64,000 bases of DNA. Origin: Chrysomallon squamiferum. Taxonomy: Eukaryota > Animalia > Mollusca. Each line of letters begins with the position of its first letter. Position 1 is the first letter of the stretch. The stretch spans positions 186,001 through 250,000 of the forward strand of contig CM022667.1 of assembly GCA_012295275.1 (NCBI GenBank). The letters run 5' to 3'. Positions 25,601-37,420 of this stretch are shown one piece after another. A model generated the notes under the pieces. That model saw nothing but the letters and a program-made list of their open reading frames with translations. It searched no databases and was not told the origin of the DNA. Both the position numbers and the translations under genes were made by a program.

Positions 25601-27516
25601 TTTCTTTCATCATCATTATTACTTTTAGTATAATATTTTTTTATTAACCACACAACCTGTAGAACATGTTTTTATCTTCGCAGAGCTGTCACTAAGCTTC
25701 ACATCCAGCTGCTAGCCGAGATTTGAGATTACACACATAATTGACACGACAATACGTTGAGTTTCGTTTTATTCATATCCTATCACAGCATGCATTGCCG
25801 TTTAAGTTTACATCTTAAATGGAGATGATATATCGGGCTTGTTTCCTTGCACCAGACAGTTGTAAGCAGAGAGATGCAGTGAGGTAGATAAGTGTCGTAG
25901 ATTGTCTACTGTTATGTGGTATCTGTCACCGTTTTTGTGTGAGGACTGGCACGTCAGGGGTTCAAACCTCCACGGGCAGAAAGGAAAAGGTGCAGAGTTA
26001 GAATGGAAAGAATTGCATTGATGGAAAGAAGGGTATTTGAATGGAAAGAAAATAATGAGTTTTACTTTCTACAGATGATTATTATTATTATTATTTTTTT
26101 TTTTTAGACCAAAAAAAGAAAAGTAAGAAGTGTTTTATTTAATGACAGAGAGAGACTGACAGACGAAGAGAAAAAGATGAGAGAAAAGAAAGAGAGAAGA
26201 GGGAGAAAGAAGAGAGAGAAGAATGAATGAAGAAAAAGCAGAGTGAAAGACGAAAGAGAAGAGAGGGAATCATACCTATTATTGCAGCCACCTCTGTATA
26301 ACAGCCACTTTGAAATTCCAATAAAAATATTTTTATTACGTTTTAATTCTGTGTTACTACCACCTCCCTATACAACTACTAAAGGTTCCCTTACAGTTTT
26401 TTTATTTAATAAAAATTAAACTCTGTGACATCCATTTTTGCCTGGTTACTATGGTGTCTGTTATAAAAAGGTTTGACATTTAATGTGTAACTGACAGTAA
26501 TTTACCTAACTGTCGAGTTTTTCTTGACATAAACCACTTATTTGTTCATTAAATGATTTTATTGTCAGTATTATCATAATGTTCTCGTTTTAAACATATC
26601 TTTTACTCTATGTATATCTGTGTGTGTGTGTGTGTTTTAACTTAAACTGAATAAGCTAAGTTACTTTGTGTCATTCTTGCATAATCGTTACTATAGACTT
26701 TATTATAATTAAAGTATGATTTTCAGTAAGTAACAAATAAAACAATGACTTTGATATAAAATGGATTTAAACCTTTTGACAATGTATCCAAGGATACATA
26801 TAACCCATTAAAGCTTAATCTCTTTAAAACAACATATCCTAATATTCAGAGACCAAGATAAAAAAAAAAGTAAAAAAAAAAATTGAGAAAAAAGGATGCT
26901 CAGTCTATGCATGTCAAAGGTTGCAGACAGAGGTCAGAGGTCGAGGTCATTGATCTCAGTCTCTGAAAAGACATGAGTATATATCAAAGTGAAGGTAAAT
27001 GTAAACAGGAAAACAGTTGAGTTTGCTTAAAATGCAGAGAACCAAACGACACGAAAGAACAAGTCGAAACCTGTTTTCAGCCATGTTCAAACAGAGTGGT
27101 GAATATTTTGATATACTGCTTCACAGACAACATTGATAGTTTTTTGTGACGTTAAAAAAACTCAGTAATGACTAAAGCCATTAAGACAAAAAAAATATAT
27201 GAGTGTTATGCACTTGAGAATATATGTATGTGTCTTTAGTGATACATATCAAGGTTGTAAAACAAATATAGAAGACATGTGTTATACTTAACAAACCGGT
27301 ATCTATTTAAACAACACAGACATACACCTGCATGCATGTATACATACAACATACACACAAGCATACATTTACATATGTCTGTATATATTTACAAACATAT
27401 ACACATGGACATAAATATAAAATGAATGACCCAACTGAAATACCTGTACAATAATAAAATTCACTTTATATTTACAATGTAAATAATAATAATAATAATA
27501 ATAATAATAATCATAA

Positions 27517-27549
<33 letters not shown>

Positions 27550-27597
27550 CATAATAATAACAATAACAGTAATAACAATATCAACAACAACAACAAC

Positions 27598-27628
<31 letters not shown>

Positions 27629-27765
27629 TTAAAACATTCTTGTTGCAGTATATATATATATATATATAACATTTTATTTTCTATACTTCTTGGACTCAAA
27701 ATATATTACTAGCATACAAATTGATGTCAAATATCTTTATTTTTTAAAATGTTTTTAATGTTACT

Positions 27766-27796
<31 letters not shown>

Positions 27797-28584
27797 ATAC
27801 ACACACCCATACACACATTAAGCTGTCTAGTTTAATCTGTTGTGAGTCTGTATTATTATTTTTTTGATGTTTTTTTGCACAATCAACTACAGCATTCCAT
27901 CTACCTTTCTTGCTCCACTGCAGGTAAAATTCTTGTTTTTGCATAACAGAAACCGAATACCTGTATAACCACCAAAATACCTTCCTTTTTAATTTTTTAT
28001 ATAGATATATACATTTCTTTCTTCTTTTTTTTTTTCATGATATCTACAGCATATGTTATTCCAAGCAACAGACCCAGGCATGGAAGATTAACAAAGGTGC
28101 CAGGTTTTTCTCAGCACTCTTTAAAAACCACAAAGTTTTATATTTTACAATATTATTAAGAGTCTGCATGGGCCACAGGAAAAAAAAAAAAAACCCTGTA
28201 AATTATAATAAAACAGATGGAACAGAAGAAGGACAGACGAATGGACATAAGGGTGGTTGTTGGATTACTTACCTGTGGATGATGCATGAATGATAGGTGA
28301 TTGGATGATAAATGGATGATAAATGGATGATAAATGGATGATAAATGGATCGAAGAATGGGTTATTAACCTGTTCATAGGTTAGATGGATGATGGAGAGA
28401 CATGATGATGGATGGATGGATGGATGGATGAATGGAATGGATGGATGAATGGATGAATGAATGGATGGATGGTGAGATGGATATAAGGATTGTTACTTGG
28501 ATGGATGGAAGAAAGAATCCATTGATGGAAAGAAGGATGTTTGCAAAAATCAGCTGATAGATAATACATACATACATACATTCA

Positions 28585-28615
<31 letters not shown>

Positions 28616-28621
28616 GTTCAT

Positions 28622-28654
<33 letters not shown>

Positions 28655-29182
28655 AAGATTTAATGTAGGCATAAACTTCTCAAGCTGAACTAACAACTGG
28701 AATGGATGGATGGATGGATGGATGATTCAGTTTGGTTAATTTATAAAAAAAAAAAAAAAAAAATTATGAAATTGATTCAAAAAATGCAGTGACCGTAATT
28801 ACATCCATTAAAATATCCTACAACTATAGGAAGCATAATGTGAAAAAATATATATATATATATTTTTTTTTTTTATTCAGTTTAGTAGAACATTGGTGAC
28901 AACAGCAGTTGCTGGAGATGATGTATTGCGGTTGTTCACATTTTTAAATGATGTGTGAAATAAATAGCACTACTGACATAAATTTGTAAATTCGTATTCG
29001 TTCATGCATTCATAAACAGACGAATAAAAGTAATACGTGAATATATTAAAGTGTTTGTCTGGCTGGTCAGCTATACATAAACTGAACACATATAAAAAAT
29101 ATATAGAGTATTTAAATATGTATAAAGGCATATATATATATATATATATATGCATGTATGTATGTATGTATATATGTTTGTA

Positions 29183-29219
<37 letters not shown>

Positions 29220-30028
29220 ATTTAAATATGTATCATATATATATGTGTGTGTGTGTGTGTGTTATATATATGTATGTATGTTTGTGTGTGTGTGTGTATA
29301 TATACTCATATATAAATGAATGTTTGTGTGCATGTATTCACATCACAGACACACACACATCTAGACACTCACACCAACACACAAACAAACACACACACAA
29401 CACACACACACAAACACACACACCTAACCAGACTCCCTATCTACACTCAGACAGAAAACAAACACTAATACAACACCCTTCCAGAATTATTAGCATGAAC
29501 AGCAGGGTCTAGAAAGTTCTCTATGGAGATTTGACCCCATGTCTAACAAGGTCACTGACATGTGTAACTTAGAAGACAGTCTTTTCAAGCCATCACAACC
29601 TGTCAGGTAGGTATTAGAAAATTACAACACACACCTTGAAATGTATATATCTCTCTTACCTTAACCTACATCAACCATTTATTTACATATAATTGTAAAA
29701 AAAAAATAACTGGTATAATAAAATTAATTCTGCAAAAATATTATTTTATACGATGGAAATGAATGTTTATTCAGTATTATTATCTTTGTATTATAACTGT
29801 ACTAGTCTTTTTTTATAATATTATTTTTATAAAATATTTTACCTGTTACAATAATATGTCTTTATTATTTATGTATGTTATTTAAAATATTTAGTATAAT
29901 AAAATAATTCTTATAAAATGATATTTTATATGATGGAATATAATGATTATTCAATTAATATATATAATAATTTTTATTATTATTATTATACTTTATTTTA
30001 TTCACATGTTATTTTAAAATTAGTATAG

Positions 30029-30070
<42 letters not shown>

Positions 30071-31227
30071 GTTCTTTTATTTACTAACAATAACAATAAT
30101 ATTCTCTTCAAAATATTGTGCTCACTGTATAACAGATAGTATAATAACATTTACAAATTGCAACTAAGTATTCCATTATTTTTATTTACAAATTACACCA
30201 TAAACATCTCATTATTTCTCTATAAACATTGCAAACATAAACTAAGAGATTTAATAAGAAATTACCTTTAATAAGACTTAGTTCCAAGAATTTCTGTCAA
30301 ATAAGAAATTACCTTCAATTAGTTCCAAGAATTTCTGTCAAACCCAGGTAGTGTATGGATATACTTCTTTAGTGTAAAAATTATAAAATTTAACCGTACG
30401 CTGTTTGTAACTCCTTTCTAACACAGTTTCCTTTCTTTACTACCTGCAGTCAAAATACATTAGCAGTGTACAAACAGACGTGAAGTATTTTCATGACATA
30501 AAAACCAGATTTTCTATTTAAAAAAAAATGTTTTTTTATGTTTCTGGTATTCATTCAAATATTTTCATTTTGTGGGTGGTGGTTAAGGTAAATGTTTTTT
30601 AATACAATTTTTTTTTGTTTTTGTTTATAGGTTAGATTTTTATATCTAATCTTGTTATAAAATGGATAAATAAAACTAGTATTTTTAATAATAATAATAA
30701 TAATAATAATAAATCTTAGTAGGAATAGTAGTAGTATTTTATTTGTTTATTTGTTTGTTGTTATTATTATTACTGTTCATTTATTTATTTATTATTATTG
30801 CTGTTGTTGTTGTTGTTGTTGTTGTTGCAGTTGTCTTATTCTTATTGTAATTGTTGCTACTGTTGCTGTTGCTGCTCTCATTATTATTATTATTTGTAGT
30901 AGAAGAAGTAGCAGTAGTAGTAGTGCTGTTTGTTTTGTCTTTTTTGTTACTGTTGTTGTTGTTGTTGCTACTGTTATTGTTGTTGTTGTTGCTGTCATCA
31001 TCATCATTATATTATCATCACTACTGTTGTTGCTTGATAAAAAATAATCAAGCATGTATGTAGCCTGTATGTACTTCAAAATAAACATCAACAGCTAACC
31101 TGAAAATAGTTTACATAAGTGCCTTAGATAATGGAGTCCATGTTTTTTTATGTTTTATTCATGGCTCTAGACAAAACAGGCTTCAGACTCAATGTTCTGC
31201 ATGGTAATCATGTAGCTACTACTGATA

Positions 31228-31733
31228 TGAATCTAGGGGAAAAAAGTCACAGGAAAAAAAATCACAGGAAAAAAAGTCACATTTTTGAATTAAGAAATAT
31301 ATCAGCAATGAAAGATAGATTCAACACATTTTATCAGAGTTTTTTTTGTTATGTTCTTTGATTTTAATGTTGGCAGTTTAGGTGATTACCACCCTTATTG
31401 CAGTGAAATAACTTCCATATTAAACATACTTCTGATACTAGAGCAAGCTGGAGAATATACAGTGAAACACATTTTAACCTGGGACATTTTATAAATCATT
31501 TACAATAGGAAGCCCTCAGTTTAAATCTATCCTAATCAGTAAGCTAGACCCAAGCATCACCCTTGCACAATATGAAGACTCTTTCTTTAATCCTGCCTAA
31601 TAATTGACCTAATGAATAAGCTTAACAATTACCCCATGTATACCATGATGCCACATTCAATGCTCTTACAAACCCAAACATTTTGTTATATAAAAATTGT
31701 GACTTTTTTTCTGTGACTTTTTTTTCAAGCCAT
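31228..31733. mobile_element. Non-autonomous TIR DNA transposon, copy 1 (internally deleted)
   Basis: Repetitive TIRs (GAAAAAAGTCACAG)n ... (CTGTGACTTTTTTT)n; flanked by the direct repeat TACTGATA (31220-31227 and 31734-31741); the interior is shared with copy 2. Confidence 0.8.
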
Positions 31734-32589
31734 TACTGATACTGGCTGTTTAGATTTAAAAAAAAAAAGTCTTAGGTGAGTGATATCCTGCATATATATA
31801 CATTTTTCTTATTTGACATCTTTGTACAAAAGAGAAATTAAAAGAGTTGTGTGTGATAGAATATTGATGATGATGAGGATGATGATGATAAAATGATAAT
31901 GATAATCATGATAATCATAGTTATAATCGTAATAATAATAATAATAATAGCAGTAATGATAATGATGATGATGATAAAAATAGTAATGATAATGATGATA
32001 ATCATAGCAATAATCATAATAGTAATAATAATAATAATGATGATGATAATAATAGTAGTAATAGTAGTAGTAGTAGTAGCAGTAATGATAATGATGATGA
32101 TGATGATGATGACCTTCATCATCATAATATATGAAAGGAAGAGAAAAGAGAAAATAAAGCGAGAATGACTGAAAGGAAATAAAAGAAACAAAGAAACAAA
32201 AAAGGGAAAAAAAAAAAAAAAATTAGAAAACTGAAGAAAAACACACCTGAATTACTCTTGTCTGTTTGTATAATGTATTAATACCTGCATTCAGAAATCT
32301 CTTTAATCTTGAACGTCACTGACTTGTACAACCGGTGTTGAAGCTTGTATAAACAGATTTAGAAAATGAAGTATCTTCTGAAACAGTCTTTGACTAACAT
32401 CGCACAGAATGTGTCTGTGACATGCACGTTGTGTCACTTCTTTGATGGACAAGTGTAAAAAGTTGCCACACCTCTAGCCACATCTTAGCACAAACGAAAG
32501 ATCGTGGTAACGGTGTGTGTTACATCATTGCGTGGTTGTGTCAACTAATATGGGTTCGTTTCTCAAATATGTGGTTTAAAAGTATGTGG

Positions 32590-32630
<41 letters not shown>

Positions 32631-32741
32631 TATACTATATTAGGATATGTATGGTTAAAAGATGAATTTCATAAATGTATAAATTTTAAACAAAACTGAC
32701 ATTAATTGACAAGCTAACACCCACCTACCCACCCACCACTC

Positions 32742-33495
32742 AATTCTAGGAAGAAGAAAAAAATTTACAGAAAAAAAAAAAAAAAAACACAGGAAAAAAG
32801 TTACAAAGATTAAGAAATATATCAGAAATGAAAGATAGATTAAACACATTTTGTCATATTTTTTTGGTTAATGTTCTTTGATTTTAATGTTAGTGGTTTT
32901 GGCGGATGTTCAACCCAATACCACGAAGAAATTCTGCCAATAAAAACTAGATCTTTTGATGCATTTCCATCACAACTTTGTGGTATACCTAACAGATTTT
33001 GTTATCACCCTTATTGCTGTGAAATAACTTCCATATTAAACATACTTCTGATACTAGAGCAAGCTGGAGAATAAACAGTTAAACACATTGAACCTTGAAA
33101 AAAATGAACGTGCTAATCAGAGCAAGATGTTGTGAAGCACATCTAAAACAGGCACACTTTCTGACAGGTCAGCACATTTTAACCTGGGACATTTTATTAA
33201 TCATTTACAACAGGAAGCCCTTAGTTTAAATCTATCCTAATCAGTAAGTTAGACCTAATCCTGCCTAACTGATCCTAATTAATAAGTGTAACAAGTCTCA
33301 CCACCCCTGCACAATATGAAGCCACTTTCTTTAACCTAGTCTAATCAAATAAGCTTAACAAAATTACCCTCATGCACACTATGATGCAACATTCAGCACT
33401 CTACAAACCCATACATTTTGTGACTTTTTTTCCTGTGATTTTGTTTTCCTATACTAAAATGTGACTTTTTTCAGTGACTTTTTTTTCCAGTCACC
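32742..33495. mobile_element. Non-autonomous TIR DNA transposon, copy 2 (longer)
   Basis: Shares long blocks with 31228-31733 (e.g. gtgaaataacttccatattaaacatacttctgatactagagcaagctggagaata); same GTGACTTTTTT termini; two extra internal segments. Confidence 0.8.
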
Positions 33496-33551
33496 ACACA
33501 CACACACACACACACATTGAAACATATACATAAACACACATTACATACATA

Positions 33552-33590
<39 letters not shown>

Positions 33591-33594
33591 GGAA

Positions 33595-33833
33595 ACTGCC
33601 AGTAATCGGTAACAAAAAGATCAGTACATGATACCCATTGCTAATGTTTCTAATACATACACCACACATGCACATACAAATAAAAACAGCCAGTGACTAG
33701 TAATAAAAAAGATCAGTACATGATACCCATTGCTAATGTTTCTAATACACACACACACACACACAAATAAAAACATCCAGTGACTAGTAACAAAAAGATC
33801 AGTACATGATACCCATTGCTAATGTTTCTAATA
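33595..33833. repeat. Three tandem copies of a ~57-bp unit (…aaaagatcagtacatgatacccattgctaatgtttctaata) with CA-rich spacers
   Basis: Directly visible. Confidence 0.92.
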
Positions 33834-35366
33834 ATGGTGTAAACTGAGTACAGAGGGCTGACTGTCAGAGAAAAACTGAGACAACCTCATCCCACCCAGA
33901 AAAAAACCACACCCCACGTTCAGACCACGCGCCACATTCAGACCACATCACTAAATGTTAAAATATTTTATGGGTCAAGGACGACAAAATCAACATAATC
34001 AAATTTAATCAAATTTAATTAATTTTGTGTAGGTCAAGGTAAGACGTTTAACAGGTCGAGGATAATAAAGTGTAGCAGGTCAACGTCAGAAGGTTTTTTT
34101 CCAGGTCAAGGATGATAAAGTCCAAAAGGTCAAGGTCAGTAACTAAGAACTATGTAAATGGTCAAGGCCAGTAATACTAATATGTCTAGGTGAGTAAATT
34201 AAGTAGTCAGGCAATAAAGGTAAGCAGGTGAAGGTATATGTGTATTTTTGTATGTGTGACAGTTCTAATACAGCTAGATATACCACTGACCAGGACAGTA
34301 AAGTTGAGACATGGAATGTGTTAAACAGACTTTTGTACTGGGGTTAGTGAACCATAAAGTAGCAGACAAAAAGGTGTTTGTGTAAGAAGTAAGTATGAAC
34401 AATGGTGAGGACTTTGTGTGTGTGGGTGTGTGTGTGTGTGTTAGGGTCAAGGCCTGAACCTGATGTCAGCTCTTTTGAGATTCGAGTGTGGAAAACAACC
34501 CCCGATGTTTAATCAGCAGTGAAAACAAAATTCCGTCTGCCAGCTTTTCACTGCTGTTTGTTTGTGCGTGTTTATTTGTGTCTGTCTGTGTGGTGTAACT
34601 GTGATGTTATGTATATATGTGTGAATTTATTTATGCATATGCATGTGTATGTGAGAGTATCTGTGTGTGTATGTGTGTCTGTGTGTATATGTGTGTATAT
34701 TGTACACGTATGTATGCATGTCTGCATATATATATCAGTATGTACAAGTGTTTTTTTTTGTATTTAGTATTTAAGGAAATATGTACATATGCTTGCATAT
34801 AAATGTATGAGTGGATATAATGTATAAATGAAAGGATATATATATGTGTTTATGTATGTCTATATGTATACAAATGTATGTATGTATCTATTTGAATGTA
34901 TATATGTATGTTTGTGTGGGTGTATTTATATACATGTTGAAAAATGTCCAATTCCAACAGGTACTCCATAAAAGTCTCACAGTAAATGAACAGATTCGAT
35001 AATAATCTTTCAATGTTAGAGTACTGCACGATTTCCTCTGACACTCCTAAAACCAAACATGACAAATGTGCCATGTAATGTCTGCTTAAACCTTTGTTCC
35101 GAAAACACAACAAAGGAGTGCTGATACATTTCTCTCATCTCTTCTTTGCTTGTCTTATAAACAGAATGTGTGTATGTGTGTACGTGTGTACGTGTGTGTA
35201 TGTGTGTATGCAGGTGTGTGTAAATATACATGCATATTAATTATTGATTTATATATTACAAACATCCACACATAGAGATACATATAGAGAAACACACACA
35301 CACAAACACACCACACATTTGATAATGAATATGAAACATTAAAATTTAACTACTAATGAATTGTTA

Positions 35367-35694
35367 AAGGTTAAGGATCCTTTATGTGAAATTCCCCAAA
35401 GTTCTGAATTCAAAAAACTTTTTCCTAAGCAGCAGAAATATCAATACCTTACAGTTTTTGATTAGTTTTGCATGTACAAACTTTATTTTATACACAAAAA
35501 TTATTAAAAATATTGCATACAGAGAGATTCCTCAGACTATCTGTACAAGCTGTATAGGAAAAAATAAATGGAATTTGTGTTTAGACTTTGAAACAATTCT
35601 TAGGCTATCTTCTTATATTCCAAAATCTTAAAAATTCCTGCAACTAAGACACTCCTGGGGTCTCAAGCATTTTGGATAAAGAATTTTCAACCTT
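35367..35694 (+). mobile_element. Tc1/mariner-superfamily (pogo/Tigger-type) MITE
   Basis: Imperfect TIRs AAGGTTAAGGATCCTTTATGTGAAAT / reverse complement AAGGTTGAAAATTCTTTATCCAAAAT; TA at the left flank; the interior resembles Tigger4/MER46 as I recall the consensus. Confidence 0.7.
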
Positions 35695-36358
35695 CATAAC
35701 TAACAATGATACAATCATTAAAGTGATATAATATCTACTTGGTGAGCTGTTTATGATTACTGATGAAAATCATACAATAACTGATGTGTGATACACGAAA
35801 GGTTTCAGGAAATGTTCAGTGATTCTGAATAACAGGGGAAAAAAGTTGTGATTATAAAAACTGACTTCTATTTCTATCTTAAAATGATTTTACCTTTTAT
35901 AACTAGTTCAGTCAGAATTCAGAACAAAAAAAAAAAAAAAAAAAAAAAAATTTAGAAACTATTCAAGGAAATATTTATTTAAAAAATTCTAATAATAATA
36001 AAAACAAATTGTTTTAAATATTTAAAAACTGATTCTCAACCTTCTCTTTTTTTCATACAATTCACAGCACTGAAATAAAATTCATAAATTCCCAGACTGT
36101 ATAATCAGTAATTTATTTTGTTGTTTTTCAAAAATCCTTTTTTTTTTTTTCAATTCAGTGCACACTGAACAAAGTGTTAAAGTGACATTAGGTGTTTTTT
36201 TAAAAAAGATATTTCGTCATTCTGAAAATATGTATTAAGATAGCACTTAAATTGTTTAGTAAATATAATTATAATCATTGTATTGTTTTTACTATCTGCT
36301 CCATGATAAAAAAGATTTAATGCTGCAAAAAGTTTCCTATTTACTGTAAATAAATATA

Positions 36359-36409
<51 letters not shown>

Positions 36410-36579
36410 TTAATTATCTCTGAATTTTCACTAAATATCTCCAGACCCTTTATAACAAATAAATAGTATGCTTACATCACATTAGCCAAATAATTTAATT
36501 CATTAATTTACGTCAAATATGCAGTCAAACCGCATTCTTTAAAAAAGCAATTAAATTACCCATAGCTATAAAATACATC

Positions 36580-36610
<31 letters not shown>

Positions 36611-36894
36611 TTATCAGAACTAAATTTTACAGTTAAATCAAATTATCGTGATTGCTAAACAATTAAATTAAAGGACTATACAAAACAGTGAAATTGCACT
36701 GTGTAAACAAAAAAAAAAAAAAAAATTATTCTGCATTATCAGTTAAATTAAATCACACAATTTACCAAACATTTAATTTATCGCAGTTAAATAAAACTGT
36801 TAAAATACCATTAACTAAAAATGAAATGAAATGAAATTATTTTTTTTCACTGTTTACAAAACAGTTAAATTATTCCAACTAAACAATACAATTA

Positions 36895-37070
36895 AATTAG
36901 CCTATCCAACGTAAACAATAAAATTAAATTACCCTATGTAAACAACTAAATTAAATTACGTTACGTAAACAATTAAATTAAATCACGTTACGTAAACAAT
37001 TAAATTAAATCACGTTACGTAAACAATTAAATTAAAATTACGTAAACAATTAAATTAAATTACGCTATTT
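36895..37070. repeat. 27-bp tandem repeat (cacgttacgtaaacaattaaattaaat)
   Basis: TTACGTAA at 36961, 36988, 37015 and 37038, with diverged flanking copies. Confidence 0.85.
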
Positions 37071-37281
37071 ACAGAACAGTTAAACTACCTTAACTTAAAC
37101 AATACAGTTAGAATACCCCGAGTAAAAAACAAAATCGGATTAAACTACAAAAACATTTATTTTACAACTGTTTACTACACAATTAAATCACCACTACTAA
37201 ACAATGCAATACAATCAAATTACACAAAAAAAAAAAAAAAAAAAAAAAAAGACACACATTCTTTCACGCATATTTGCCTAC

Positions 37282-37420
37282 CTGCTCAGATAAAACTTAA
37301 CAGCACAGATTTTTGTTTCAGACAGATAACGTTTCTACCTCTTCTCTAAAACAGTTCGTCTTCTGCCGCTGTTGTGTTTCAAATGAAACAAGATCCTGAT
37401 GTCTTCTGCCAACTTTATAA
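37282..37420 (-). promoter_or_regulatory. Candidate TATA/Inr promoter and non-coding first exon
   Basis: TATAAAG (37419-37413), TCATTT Inr-like (37386-37381), ~100-nt ATG-free stretch, CAG|GTAGGC donor at 37282; CpG-enriched upstream. Confidence 0.4.

Noticed and set aside
24775-25633. Longest ORFs in the track (266, 233 and 150 aa)
   Set aside because: They are translations of compound CA/TACA/GATA microsatellites.
25870-25935. let-7-like pre-miRNA (TGAGGTAG...)
   Set aside because: Only the first 8 nt match let-7, and the arms pair poorly with a large internal mismatch.
25940-25980. tRNA gene suggested by B-box GGTTCAAACC (similar boxes at about 21455 minus and about 32552)
   Set aside because: No cloverleaf or acceptor stem; at most decayed tRNA-derived SINE heads.
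34850-35231. Protein-like minus-strand ORFs (including a 40-aa MREMYQHSF... peptide)
   Set aside because: No recognisable homology, a weak acceptor, and overlapping ORFs in several frames; not supportable without expression data.
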